DNA from: an uncultured Candidatus Cloacimonadota bacterium
Lineage (GTDB): Bacteria > Cloacimonadota > Cloacimonadia > Cloacimonadales > JAJBBL01
Assembly (NCBI GenBank): GCA_964490765.1
Contig: CAZBDV010000010.1
Coordinates: 2,451-66,450 of the forward strand
DNA length: 64,000 nt
Reading direction: 5' to 3'
Part shown: positions 29,958 to 39,969 of the stretch, piece after piece
Layout: every line of letters begins with the position of its first letter
Position numbering within the stretch: position 1 is the stretch's first letter
Made by a program: the position numbers and the translations under genes
The notes under the pieces: model-generated
What the model saw: the letters and a program-made list of their open reading frames with translations, nothing else
Databases searched by the model: none
What the model was told of the DNA's origin: nothing

Positions 29958-29989
29958 AAAGAGCAGCTATCAAGCTGCTCTTTCTTTTT
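29958..29989 (+). terminator. Rho-independent terminator after the flavodiiron gene
   Basis: AAGAGCAGC tatcaa GCTGCTCTT followed by TCTTTTT. Confidence 0.75.
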
Positions 29990-30182
29990 GTAAATCTGCA
30001 ATATCTTGCAGTGACCAGGAACACATCCTTTATAATTATCAGACTACACAAATTTATTGCTTGACATATTATCCCTGTTTTCAGATGCAGTTATGTGAAT
30101 CAATTCTATGATCGCGGGGGTATTATCTCTGTATAGTACCGAAGGGTCGCCAATTCAGTAAGATAAGTTAGAGGAGAATGCT

Positions 30183-31136
30183 ATGAGAAGTAGTGTGATC
30201 AGTATCGGAGTTGTATTGTTGCTCATCTTTGCAGGATGTGCAACGGTTCCGCAACCTAATGTGGTCAATGTATCGACTGATACACCTGCGGTCAGTCCTG
30301 TACTTGCAGACAATCAGCCAAGATCATTGAAACGTGTAGTGGCCATAGCTCGGTTCAGTAATGAGACAAACTATGGTAAAGGGTTATACTTGGGTAACGC
30401 ATATGATGCTGGGAAGCAGGCGATGGATATAATGAATACAAAATTGACTCAATCGGGTAAATTTATACTCCTCGAGAGGTCTGACCTGGAATTTCTGGAG
30501 AGAGAGAAGGTTTTTGATCATTCAGCAATGGATCAGATACCGGCTGACTATTTGATAATCGGTTCTATAACCGATTTCGGCAGACGAGCAACAGGGAAGG
30601 TGGGGATTTTCAGCCGCACTCAGAAACAGACTGCTTACGCTAAAGTAAATGTCCGGCTAGTTGATGTGAGAACAGGTCAAATAATATATGGAGAGACAGG
30701 TGAGGGAGAGGCTTTTAGTGAAGCTGGAACTGTTTTGGGAGCCGGGTCTCAGGCTGGTTACGATTCTACATTGAACGATAAGGCGATTGATGCAGCCATC
30801 AGTAAACTAGTTGTCAATATCTCCAATAACTTGCTCAACAATCCCTGGAGGTCATACATACTTTCCCAGCAGGACGGGATCTGGATGCTTGCTGGTGGGA
30901 AAACTCAAGGTATCAAGGTCGGTGATGTATTTACTGTAAAGTTAAGGGGAGATACGGTTATCAATCCGCAGACGAAACTTCCCATAGAGCTACCGGGAAC
31001 CAACGTAGCCAGGTTACGGGTGATACAATTGACAGGAGAAGATCTACAGAGTGAAATCTCTTTCTGTGAGTTACTCGATGGGGAAATTGACTCCGGACAA
31101 TTGACCCGATACTTCGTCACCGAAGACGAACAATAA
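30183..31136 (+). CDS. CsgG/HfaB-family lipoprotein with an extra C-terminal beta domain
   Basis: Lipobox IFAGC. KRVVAIARFSNETNY...LERSDLEFLEREK...IIGSITDFG matches the CsgG-family core. About 95 extra C-terminal residues. Confidence 0.75.
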   Translation: MRSSVISIGVVLLLIFAGCATVPQPNVVNVSTDTPAVSPVLADNQPRSLKRVVAIARFSNETNYGKGLYLGNAYDAGKQAMDIMNTKLTQSGKFILLERSDLEFLEREKVFDHSAMDQIPADYLIIGSITDFGRRATGKVGIFSRTQKQTAYAKVNVRLVDVRTGQIIYGETGEGEAFSEAGTVLGAGSQAGYDSTLNDKAIDAAISKLVVNISNNLLNNPWRSYILSQQDGIWMLAGGKTQGIKVGDVFTVKLRGDTVINPQTKLPIELPGTNVARLRVIQLTGEDLQSEISFCELLDGEIDSGQLTRYFVTEDEQ

Positions 31137-31146
31137 GGGGGGGGTA

Positions 31147-31461
31147 ATGTATAAGAGCATGTTATCTTTGTTGATAGTAGTTACTCTATTGCTTGTTTTA
31201 ATTGGTTGTTCTCAAAACGAAGGGATTGTAATGACTGAAAAGCATGCTTATCTACAGTTTCTGGGAGATGCCACCAATATTGAGATCTCCATCGACGACA
31301 AAGAATTGGATATCGAAAAATATCGAAAAAACATCGTTAAGAACCATTTTCAATATGACCCCGGTTACCATCAGGTTGAAATATTTCGGCAAGGTCAGCT
31401 GATTTTAAAGCAAACAGTATTACTGGAAAGGGGTAAAATTACACAGGTGAACATACCATGA
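31147..31461 (+). CDS. Small lipoprotein (possibly PEGA-like beta domain)
   Basis: Lipobox VLIGC, 104 aa. GYHQVEIFRQGQLILKQTVLLERGKITQVNI resembles the end of a PEGA domain (weak). Confidence 0.6.
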   Translation: MYKSMLSLLIVVTLLLVLIGCSQNEGIVMTEKHAYLQFLGDATNIEISIDDKELDIEKYRKNIVKNHFQYDPGYHQVEIFRQGQLILKQTVLLERGKITQVNIP

Positions 31462-31835
31462 AGAAAAGACTATTATGGATTATTCCGTTATTCGTTATCA
31501 CAATTACCGCCTGTTCTCAGAACCAGACCGGATCTTATTACTGGGACAAATATTCCCATACGCAATATGCCTATCTAAAGAACCCTTCGCTCGAGACTCT
31601 GGACAGACATATAACAACTCTGGAGAAGATCATTTCGGTATCCAGACAGAGAGGATTAAAGGTTCCACCTGGTGTCTATTCCGAACTGGCTATGATGAAA
31701 TGGCTGAAACATCCGGAAGGTGACGTTAGCGAATATCTTCTGAAAGAAGTTAATGCCTATCCTGAATCGCAGGAATTTATCAACTTCTTGATCCTTAATC
31801 TCTTTGCTGGAAGTGAGGTGCATGATGAGGAGTAG
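31458..31835 (+). CDS. DUF4810-family lipoprotein
   Basis: Lipobox ITAC. YYWDKYSHTQYAYLK...LEKII...GLKVPPGVYSELAMM matches the recalled DUF4810 pattern (YYWG.Y....Y.YLK...LE....G..VPPG). 4-nt overlap with the upstream ORF. Confidence 0.7.
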   Translation: MKKRLLWIIPLFVITITACSQNQTGSYYWDKYSHTQYAYLKNPSLETLDRHITTLEKIISVSRQRGLKVPPGVYSELAMMKWLKHPEGDVSEYLLKEVNAYPESQEFINFLILNLFAGSEVHDEE

Positions 31836-31836
31836 T

Positions 31837-32517
31837 ATGACAGACAGTGTAGTGGTTCTCCTTATCATTATGACTTTTTGCCTGTTGTTCACATCCGGCT
31901 GTTCACAGAGTCTGACAAAGGGACAGGTATTTCCCAGAATGTATGAGGAACGACCAGTGACAATACTTGCCCTGCCACCAGTCAATAAAACAACCTCACC
32001 TGTTGCCAAAGAGTATGTGATCTGTACGATAACAGAACCATTGGGAAATACCGGTTATAATCTTTTACCGATTGTTATTACCAACGAGATATTGAAGATA
32101 GAAGGGCTGTATGATACCGAAGTTATCAATCCCACACTCTACCCCCAATTCCGGGATTTATTCAATGTCGACGCTCTTCTCTTAACGGAAATCTTCAGTT
32201 GGGATACGAGTTATTACGTGATTGGTGGTGAAGTGACTGTCGGGTTGAACTATAAACTGGTTTCAACTCATACTGGAGAGGAACTCTGGAAATATTCTGG
32301 AGCGAAAACAGTTGATACGACTAAAAAATCAGAAGGTGGAGGTTTATTTGGCCTGGCAGTTGCCCTGGTAGAAACAGCGGTAACTACTGCGGCAACAGAT
32401 TATATACCGATAGCTCGTGAGATTAATCAATCGATCTTCCAAAATCTGCCTAAAGGGAAGTATTCTCCAGAACACGGACTTGACCGGGACGACCCGGTAG
32501 TAATCGAAAAGCAATAA
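31837..32517 (+). CDS. DUF799-family lipoprotein (GNA1162-like)
   Basis: Lipobox FTSGC. ILALPPVNKTT...GYNLLPI...VDALLLTEIFSWDTSY...YKLVSTHTGEELWK aligns with the recalled GNA1162/DUF799 pattern. ATG at 31837 follows GAGGAG (track start 31804). Confidence 0.7.
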   Translation: MTDSVVVLLIIMTFCLLFTSGCSQSLTKGQVFPRMYEERPVTILALPPVNKTTSPVAKEYVICTITEPLGNTGYNLLPIVITNEILKIEGLYDTEVINPTLYPQFRDLFNVDALLLTEIFSWDTSYYVIGGEVTVGLNYKLVSTHTGEELWKYSGAKTVDTTKKSEGGGLFGLAVALVETAVTTAATDYIPIAREINQSIFQNLPKGKYSPEHGLDRDDPVVIEKQ

Positions 32518-32526
32518 CCAGGCGGA

Positions 32527-33321
32527 TTATTTCAGTAACTCGTAGCGGATTTGCTCTCTGTTGTTGAAAACACCTTTTTCTACAAGGTAAACGAGCATAA
32601 AGAGTGCTATGGCTGCTGCGGAAGAGATCATATACATTATCAGTAATTGATATTTTACCGATTCGATAGGAGCTACGCCACCGAGTATCTGACCGGTCAT
32701 CATACCGGGAAGTTTTACGATACCTAAAACCATCAAGGCGTTGATAGTAGGAATCAGGCCAGCTTTCATCGCGCTCTTTCTGATAGCATCCAGAGCCAGG
32801 CTTTTAGGAGCACCCAGAGAGAGTTTGGCTTCCACTTCATAACGGCGTAATCTCAGTTCGCTTCCGAAGGTATTGAGGCATATGGAGATAGCGGTCATCG
32901 TGTTGGAAATAACCATTGCACTGATAGGGATGACATACTGGGGATCATACCAGGGCATGATCTGCAATACCACATAGAACATAAAGGCAAGTGGCAAAGC
33001 ATTTCCAACGAGCATGGCACTGAGACAGCAGAAAAAGGTTTTTCCAGGCCGAAAATCTATCCGCTTGTAACTGTCGTAAGTAGCAAAAGCTATCATGACT
33101 ATCAGCATCAGCACTGTAAAGTACCAGAGTTGCATGTCGAAGATCCAGCTGAGGATGTAACCCATGATAGTTAGCTGGGCAAAAGACCTTATTGTTCCAA
33201 TAATCACATTTCCTGTGATCCCGAGTTTGTTGATCAGCCCTATAATGGCTACAATCAGCATCAAACCGAGTGATATCAGCACTGAGGTGTTAGATATTAC
33301 AATATAATCACTCATATTCAC
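32527..33321 (-). CDS. fetB: ABC-type iron-export permease FetB/YbbM (UPF0014) family
   Basis: Polytopic protein. GIVKLPGMMTGQILGG motif characteristic of the UPF0014/FetB family. Overlaps the upstream ATPase gene. Confidence 0.75.
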   Translation of the reverse strand: MNMSDYIVISNTSVLISLGLMLIVAIIGLINKLGITGNVIIGTIRSFAQLTIMGYILSWIFDMQLWYFTVLMLIVMIAFATYDSYKRIDFRPGKTFFCCLSAMLVGNALPLAFMFYVVLQIMPWYDPQYVIPISAMVISNTMTAISICLNTFGSELRLRRYEVEAKLSLGAPKSLALDAIRKSAMKAGLIPTINALMVLGIVKLPGMMTGQILGGVAPIESVKYQLLIMYMISSAAAIALFMLVYLVEKGVFNNREQIRYELLK

Positions 33322-34021
33322 CTGCCATGAATTTTCTGATTATCTCATTATTGTTCTCTTTAATTGTAGCAGGACTACCCTCCAGTAGTATGTTACCCTG
33401 CCAGATAAAGAATATCCTGTCTGATATCTGCATCGCATCATTCATATTATGACTGACCATTATGACCGTCTTTTCAAAATCTGTTTTCAAGCTCCTGGTG
33501 AGTTTCAGGACACGATTAGCCCGTTGTGGGTCGAGGGCAGAGACCGGTTCGTCTAAGAGAATAACCTGTGGGTCGAGCAGTAGCGATCTGATGATACAAA
33601 TGCGCTGCTGTTCACCAAGAGAGAGTTCATTACCGGTTTTTTCCAGATACTCTACCGGGATATCGACACTCTTCAAGACTTCAGTGATCTCTTCCCGATC
33701 TAACTTCTGCTTTCTCAATTTGAGGCCGAAAGTTAGGTTATCGTAAACCGTCCCTTCAAAGAGGGTAGGCTTCTGAAAGATCATCCCGACCTTATCCCGG
33801 ATCTCTCGCGGGTGCAGTTCGGTGTGAGAACGATCATCATAGTAGATCTTACCGGCTCGAGGGTCTTCCAGAGCGGCAATTAACCTGAGAAGGGTTGACT
33901 TGCCACTACCGGAAGGACCTATCACCGTATTTATCGAATTGGTGGGAAAACTGACATCGAAATCACTTAGCACAGTGTTCTCTCCGTAAGCAGCTTCCAG
34001 TTTTTCACATCTTATCTTCAT
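33308..34021 (-). CDS. fetA: ABC transporter ATP-binding protein partnered with the FetB-like permease (FetA/YbbL-like)
   Basis: Walker A GPSGSGKST, signature LSLGEQQR, Walker B VILLDEP. Start moved to the ATG at 34021 (GGAG 8 nt upstream). Confidence 0.75.
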   Translation of the reverse strand: MKIRCEKLEAAYGENTVLSDFDVSFPTNSINTVIGPSGSGKSTLLRLIAALEDPRAGKIYYDDRSHTELHPREIRDKVGMIFQKPTLFEGTVYDNLTFGLKLRKQKLDREEITEVLKSVDIPVEYLEKTGNELSLGEQQRICIIRSLLLDPQVILLDEPVSALDPQRANRVLKLTRSLKTDFEKTVIMVSHNMNDAMQISDRIFFIWQGNILLEGSPATIKENNNEIIRKFMAGEYE

Positions 34022-34117
34022 TAACATAACTCCTGAACACAACTCAATCTATTCGGCTCAGAGTAATCTCTGATGGCTCTTTTCTTGTCGGCTATAGCAG
34101 AGTGAAATTAAATAGTG

Positions 34118-35875
34118 CTATCTCGCCTGATAATGCTCCTGGATGAAATGATGATATTCAGGATAATCCTGCATTATCTTTTTATGGTCACCCTTGGCAA
34201 TCATATAGCCACTGTCAAGAAAGATAACATTATCGACATATCTCAGGGTTGATAGTCGATGAGAGACTATGAAGCATGTTATATCACCAAATCTGTTTGA
34301 TATGTCATTCCAGAGATTTTCTTCATTGTCAGCATCGAGGCTGGCTGTTATATCATCGAAGATCAAGATTTCCGGTTCTCTAATCAGAGCTCTGGCGATA
34401 GCGAGCCGCTGTTTCTGCCCACCGGACAGGGTCAGACCCCTCTGTCCAACCATGGTATCATCCCGTTCCGTGAAACTTGCGATCTCCTTATCCATCTGAA
34501 CAATATCGAGAACAGAACGGTAGAATTCCTCCGAAACACTTTCTCTGCCGAAATGGACATTATCCTTAATACTACCTGAGAATAGTATCGGTTCTTGCGG
34601 TACATATCCGATCTTATCCCTGAATCGTGGGAGATCTATATCCTCCAGCGGAATACCGTTGATCTTAATATTACCGCTCTGTGGTTTGAGGAAACCGGTA
34701 AGAAGACCCAGGATTGTACTCTTTCCGGATCCTACAGGGCCGATAATGATTACCCGTTCTCCTCTGTTGATGTGGAAGGAGACATTATTCAGTATATTCA
34801 ATTCCTGTTTTATGTATGAGAAGCAGACATTCACAAAAGTAATCGATTCAACACGATCAATGATCTGCTTATCTTTTTTCGTCTCCTTCGGTTCCGGGAA
34901 TTCTCTAATCTCTTCCAGACGATCTATATTGACAAATGCCTGTTTCCCGGAAACAAACAACTGCGGTAGATCAAGGATAGGAAAGATGATCATTGCCAGA
35001 TAGGTATAGAAGGCAAAGAACGTTCCGATGGTTATCTGGTGACGGACGACCATTAGGCCACCGAATACTATCACTGCAATTTGCCCAAAATAATCTACAT
35101 ATTCATATATCATTCTGAGTCTCGTATTGAGTGTAACGAGACGCATTTCTGTCTGATACCTGTTACCTAAAGCCCTGTCGAAGAACCTTCTGTACTTATC
35201 TTCACAAACAAAGGCCTTGATAATCTTTATTCCCGAAAAGCTCATCTCCAGCTGGTTATTTATCTCACTTACAGCCTCCTGGTTATTCTTGAATGAGCTG
35301 TGGAGCTTATTGGCCGTAAAGTAGAAGATAACCATCATAACGGGCAGTGGTGCGAGAGTCAGTAGTGTCAATTGCGGATTGAGAAGAAACATGGCAATGA
35401 CACAGAACAGTATCTTACTGAATGACTCTACTGCTCTGAATATACCCGAACACATAAACCAGGCTATCTTGGGCCAGTCGGTAATATCGCTGGTTAATCT
35501 CGTTACCAGGTCTCCGGTTCTGAATTTGTTGAAGAACTTATAATCCTTCTTCAGAATGAAGGAGAAATACTTGTTACGCAATGTATACTCAAATGTCAGA
35601 TTCATCAAAGCCCGGAAACCGGGATAGGTGGCTGCCATAAGTCTGACCAGTCCGATAATTACAAATATCCAGATGATTTTCTGCATCTCGGGTGTAATAC
35701 CGGTTAACTCGGCAGGGTCAGCCAGATTGCTCTGAAGTGTATCGAGCAATTGTTTGATTATATAGGGATAGATCACCGTTACAGCTGCTGACAGCAGTGT
35801 TAGAAACAACAGCAGAACTATGAAGAACGGGTGTTGTTTCCATTCCCTGGCTAACCACTTGATATGTTTAGACAT
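34118..35875 (-). CDS. ABC exporter, fused permease/ATPase half-transporter (MdlB/MsbA-like)
   Basis: Six-TM N-terminal domain plus Walker A GPVGSGKST, LSGGQKQR, ILIFDD. Confidence 0.85.
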   Translation of the reverse strand: MSKHIKWLAREWKQHPFFIVLLLFLTLLSAAVTVIYPYIIKQLLDTLQSNLADPAELTGITPEMQKIIWIFVIIGLVRLMAATYPGFRALMNLTFEYTLRNKYFSFILKKDYKFFNKFRTGDLVTRLTSDITDWPKIAWFMCSGIFRAVESFSKILFCVIAMFLLNPQLTLLTLAPLPVMMVIFYFTANKLHSSFKNNQEAVSEINNQLEMSFSGIKIIKAFVCEDKYRRFFDRALGNRYQTEMRLVTLNTRLRMIYEYVDYFGQIAVIVFGGLMVVRHQITIGTFFAFYTYLAMIIFPILDLPQLFVSGKQAFVNIDRLEEIREFPEPKETKKDKQIIDRVESITFVNVCFSYIKQELNILNNVSFHINRGERVIIIGPVGSGKSTILGLLTGFLKPQSGNIKINGIPLEDIDLPRFRDKIGYVPQEPILFSGSIKDNVHFGRESVSEEFYRSVLDIVQMDKEIASFTERDDTMVGQRGLTLSGGQKQRLAIARALIREPEILIFDDITASLDADNEENLWNDISNRFGDITCFIVSHRLSTLRYVDNVIFLDSGYMIAKGDHKKIMQDYPEYHHFIQEHYQAR

Positions 35876-35955
35876 TTTCTCCTCTTTTCGATTTCATACT
35901 ACAGGGTTAAGTTATAGATAATTCACAATTTTCTACTAACGAATTCTTCTCTTGC

Positions 35956-37728
35956 TTATCCTGCTTCTTCCTGATGCAGGAATTGTAACTCTACCAGTTT
36001 CTTGTATTCAGGTGAACTTTTGAGCAACTCATTATGAGTTCCCTGGCCTATTATCCTTCCATTCTGAAAGAGTAGTATCTTGTCTGCATTGATAACAGAT
36101 GAGAGTCGATGTGCTACTATCAGAGCCGTCTTATCCTGCAGGACAGTCTCTATTGCCTGCTGTATCCTCGCCTCGGTTCGAATATCTATTGAGGCTGTTG
36201 CTTCATCGAGAATAACAAGTTCGGGTGAAAAGACGATCGCTCTGGCAAAGCTGAGCAGTTGTTTCTCTCCAACCGAGATGTTCTGGCCTCGCTCCTGAAT
36301 CTCGGCATCGAGTCCAGACTCCTGCCGGTTGAGGAAATCCCTGGCTTCAACGAGCTGTAATGCTCTTTCTATAGATTCCTCCGAGATATCGTCATTGTAG
36401 ATTCGAATGTTCTCTTTAATATCTCCAGGGAAGAGGTAGATATCCTGTAAAACAAGCCCGATCTTCTTACGCCAGCTCTTTGTATTGACCTCATTCAGGT
36501 TCACTCCGTCTATGTAGATACCACCTCTTGTAACCCGGTAGAAATCACAGAGCAGACTGACAGTAGTGGTCTTTCCACTTCCGGAGGAACCGACGAGTGC
36601 TACCTTCTCACCTTTCCTGATACTGAAATTTATGCCCTTCAGTACCCATTCATCTTCTTTATACTGGAACCAGACATCACGAAAATCTATCCGATCAAGG
36701 AATGAGGCCTGTTTTGTTTTCTGCAGTCCGTATGTCTCATGTTTCAAAGCGAGGATCCCGAAAATCCTCTGTAATGAAGCAAAAGCACGCTGGATCTGGT
36801 TGATGTTTTCTGATATCATTAGAAGTGGCCAGAAGATACGCTGGGAGTACTGTATAAAGACTATCAGAGTTCCTATAGTAACTACTCCGACTAGTATCTG
36901 CGGAACCATCAGGTAAATCAGGAGAACAACTATCACAGTCTCGAGCAGGAAACCGTAGAAACCCCAGAAACCGTACTCCATGAACATAGCCCGGGAATCT
37001 ACATTACGCTTCTCCTTACCCTTGTCATCGAGCATTCTCATTACCTTCTCATGCCTGTTAAAGAGCTGTACTATAGATATTCCCTGTATGTATTCAGTCA
37101 GAATTCCTGTTATATCGGCATTCAGTTCCCTTACTCTTCTGAAGAATCTGCTCAGATAGCGGGCCACGAAAAAGACGCTGACAACTATAACTGTGATAGG
37201 TATGAGTAGTATCAGAGTCACATTCCAGTGACGGATGAACATCACAACTACCATACCGGAGAAGAAGAGCAGATTACCAAGAATCATTACAGACAGGTCG
37301 GAAAATAACTGTCTGACATTCTCACAGTCACTCTCAACCCGGGCAATGAGTTCTCCTACCGGATTATTATCGAAATAACCTACCGGTAGTTGCAGAAAAT
37401 GGTCAAAGACCTGATACTTGAGCCCGGTAATGATCTTGATACCCATTTTAGCTAACAGAATAACCTGGAAATATGTCAGAATACCGGAAGTGAAGATTAC
37501 TCCAACAAAAAGTCCGGCATATAAATAGAGCTGTGATACATCCATTGCCGGAACTATATAGTCGAGGATATGAGCTATTATCAAGGGATCAAGCAAGCGG
37601 AGTATGGAGGTCACGACCATCATCGATAACCCTGATATAAAGAGCCACTTCTCTTTCCAGATATAGGGAAACAATAGTTTCACCAGCTTTAAATCAAATT
37701 TTTTTGTTCTTCTCTTCACTCTCATCAT
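35956..37728 (-). CDS. ABC exporter, fused permease/ATPase half-transporter (MdlA-like partner)
   Basis: TM domain plus GSSGSGKTT, ISVGEKQL (degenerate signature), LVILDEATA. Tandem with the previous gene, which suggests a heterodimer. Confidence 0.85.
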   Translation of the reverse strand: MMRVKRRTKKFDLKLVKLLFPYIWKEKWLFISGLSMMVVTSILRLLDPLIIAHILDYIVPAMDVSQLYLYAGLFVGVIFTSGILTYFQVILLAKMGIKIITGLKYQVFDHFLQLPVGYFDNNPVGELIARVESDCENVRQLFSDLSVMILGNLLFFSGMVVVMFIRHWNVTLILLIPITVIVVSVFFVARYLSRFFRRVRELNADITGILTEYIQGISIVQLFNRHEKVMRMLDDKGKEKRNVDSRAMFMEYGFWGFYGFLLETVIVVLLIYLMVPQILVGVVTIGTLIVFIQYSQRIFWPLLMISENINQIQRAFASLQRIFGILALKHETYGLQKTKQASFLDRIDFRDVWFQYKEDEWVLKGINFSIRKGEKVALVGSSGSGKTTTVSLLCDFYRVTRGGIYIDGVNLNEVNTKSWRKKIGLVLQDIYLFPGDIKENIRIYNDDISEESIERALQLVEARDFLNRQESGLDAEIQERGQNISVGEKQLLSFARAIVFSPELVILDEATASIDIRTEARIQQAIETVLQDKTALIVAHRLSSVINADKILLFQNGRIIGQGTHNELLKSSPEYKKLVELQFLHQEEAG

Positions 37729-37752
37729 TTCTCTCTATTCCAATAATTGTGC

Positions 37753-37787
37753 AAAAAAAAACGCCGCAGGATAGTTCCCGCGGCGTT
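37753..37787 (-). terminator. Rho-independent terminator downstream of mscS
   Basis: Minus-strand reading AACGCCGCGGG aactat CCTGCGGCGTT followed by T9. Confidence 0.8.
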
Positions 37788-37973
37788 ATGTTAAGCTCTA
37801 TTATTTGAGTCAATTTGCGATGGGACACCTATCACTGTAATCTAGTTTGCTGCTGCTATTCACCAGTAGCATTAACATTATCATCCTTAACATCGCTCGT
37901 AACTCCTTTGTAAATATACTTGATGACAGAAAAAATTTCCCCGTTTGATTTGTCAAACTTTTTCTACTAGTTA

Positions 37974-38780
37974 TTATTTATTCTGTAAATGAACATCCAT
38001 TTGTGGGAAGGGAATACTGATTCCGTTCTTGTCGAATTCCTCTTTCACCTGCTCGGTAACATCAAAGAAAACAGTCCAGTAATTCGGTGTATCTGTCCAG
38101 CATCTGGACGTAAAGTTGATAGAGCTGTCAGCCAGTTCTCCTAAACGGATAAAAGGTTCGGGATCTTTATGGACCATTTCGTGTTTATCCATCACTCCTC
38201 TTATGATCTCTTTAACCTTCTTGATGTCAGAATCGTAACTAACACCGAATTTGAAATCCACCCTCCTCTTTCCTTCTGTTGTGTAATTTGTTATTACACC
38301 ACTCATAATCTGAGAGTTCGGTACAATTATTGTCTTATTATCGAATGATTTGAATGTAGTTGTAAACATGGTAATATTATTAACTGCACCCATTATTCCT
38401 GCAGCTTCGACGGCATCACCTACCCTGAACGGTTTGAAAAGTATCAGTAGAAGGCCGGCTGCAAAGTTCGATAATGTTCCCTGTAGAGCAAAGCCGATAG
38501 CCAGCCCGGCAGCACCAATAATAGCAATGAATGACGTTGTCTCTATTCCGATCTGCGATAGTGCAGCCATGATAACGAAGATCCATAAGACCGCATTTAT
38601 CAAAGACGCTGTAAAAGAGATTATAGCCTTCTCAATAAGCCGTTTACCCATTATCTTTACGATGATATTTCTGACTATTTTTATAACGAACCGACCAATA
38701 ATGATTATCGCAATTGCGGCAATAATCCTGATTCCGAAAGTAGCACCCCACTCATAAAATTTCGGTAATAGTTCTTCCAT
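37974..38780 (-). CDS. mscS: Small-conductance mechanosensitive channel
   Basis: GAAGLAIGFALQGTLSNFAAGLLLILFKPFRVGDAVE pore-helix signature. 268 aa. Confidence 0.9.
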   Translation of the reverse strand: MEELLPKFYEWGATFGIRIIAAIAIIIIGRFVIKIVRNIIVKIMGKRLIEKAIISFTASLINAVLWIFVIMAALSQIGIETTSFIAIIGAAGLAIGFALQGTLSNFAAGLLLILFKPFRVGDAVEAAGIMGAVNNITMFTTTFKSFDNKTIIVPNSQIMSGVITNYTTEGKRRVDFKFGVSYDSDIKKVKEIIRGVMDKHEMVHKDPEPFIRLGELADSSINFTSRCWTDTPNYWTVFFDVTEQVKEEFDKNGISIPFPQMDVHLQNK

Positions 38781-39030
38781 GTCAAACTCCTCAATATTAT
38801 TAGTTACAAAATAACTGTCTTCCTTTTATTAGTTTCTGACATTACTGTCAAGAAATTAAGCAAACATTACGGTTTATAAGTATCGTTAGAATTGTTGCTT
38901 ACACCGAAAGAAGCAACTCTATATCACCACAATTAGGAAAAACGATTACAGACAACTGCTCAAAGCTATTTTTCTTGACTCGGAATCATAGAGTTACTAT
39001 GTTATAGATACGAAAAAAAGAGGAGGAGTT

Positions 39031-39909
39031 ATGAAATCCTTATTTGCAATTGTTTTAGTCACACTGATAACCCTGTCTGGCTCGCTGATGGCAGAGCCCT
39101 GGAAGATCACCTCAGATGCCAGTTTATCTTTTAATCAGAGTTCGTACAGTGATAACTGGGCTGGAACTGAATTGGGAACAATATCCTGGACTGCCAAATC
39201 CAATACAACAGCTGAGAAGCAGTTATCAGAAATTTTACGTAATACGACATCTTTGAAATTATCTTATGGTCAGACCCATCAACAGAAGACGAGAATAGAT
39301 TCCGAGACAGGTGAAGAGGAGAAGCACTGGGGTAAACCGGAAAAATCAACCGATAAGATAGATCTGGAATCGCTGTTCAGGTTTACACTTCACGGTTATG
39401 TTGACCCCTTCTTTGCTGCTCGTTGGGAGAGTCAATTTCTAGATTTACGCTATGAGGACGAGACATATATCATTAACCCCCATCGTTTTACGGAATCTGC
39501 CGGTATTATGAGAAATTTCATAATGGAACCGAATCACACGTTAACAGCCAGATTGGGTGCTGCCTTCAGACAGTATATGGACCGTAATGAAGAGGTTCGT
39601 CTCGTAGAGACCATGTATGACGGTGGTATTGAATTCATCGCAGAGTATATGAAGAGATTCCTACCACAGGATATTTTTTATAACAGCAGATTACAGGTGT
39701 ATCAGGCATTATTCAACTCTGAGGAGGATGAACTTGTAGAAGATCACTGGAAACGTGTGGATGTAAAATGGGAAAATACTCTATCTACTCGAATCTGGTC
39801 AATAATCAATGCCTCACTCTTTTTTGAGACAGTATATGAAAGAGAAGAACATAAGAATCCACAATTTCGCCAGACACTTGGTCTGGGTATATTCTTTCAA
39901 CTATATTAA
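39031..39909 (+). CDS. Putative outer-membrane beta-barrel protein (DUF3078-like)
   Basis: Signal peptide, alternating amphipathic strands, SYSDNWAGTELGTISW motif, C-terminal GLGIFFQLY ending in an aromatic residue. Confidence 0.6.
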   Translation: MKSLFAIVLVTLITLSGSLMAEPWKITSDASLSFNQSSYSDNWAGTELGTISWTAKSNTTAEKQLSEILRNTTSLKLSYGQTHQQKTRIDSETGEEEKHWGKPEKSTDKIDLESLFRFTLHGYVDPFFAARWESQFLDLRYEDETYIINPHRFTESAGIMRNFIMEPNHTLTARLGAAFRQYMDRNEEVRLVETMYDGGIEFIAEYMKRFLPQDIFYNSRLQVYQALFNSEEDELVEDHWKRVDVKWENTLSTRIWSIINASLFFETVYEREEHKNPQFRQTLGLGIFFQLY

Positions 39910-39940
39910 TAGTTCTGTGATAACAGAGTGATAAAGAGAG

Positions 39941-39969
39941 CGGCGGATTGTTATCCGCCGTTTTTTTTT
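39941..39969 (+). terminator. Rho-independent terminator
   Basis: CGGCGGAT tgtt ATCCGCCG followed by T9. Confidence 0.85.

Noticed and set aside
37943-37958. FNR/CRP-like palindrome GTTTGAtttgTCAAAC downstream of mscS
   Set aside because: The half-site spacing (TTGA-N4-TCAA) does not fit FNR/CRP (N6). It also lies downstream of a stop codon rather than in a promoter.
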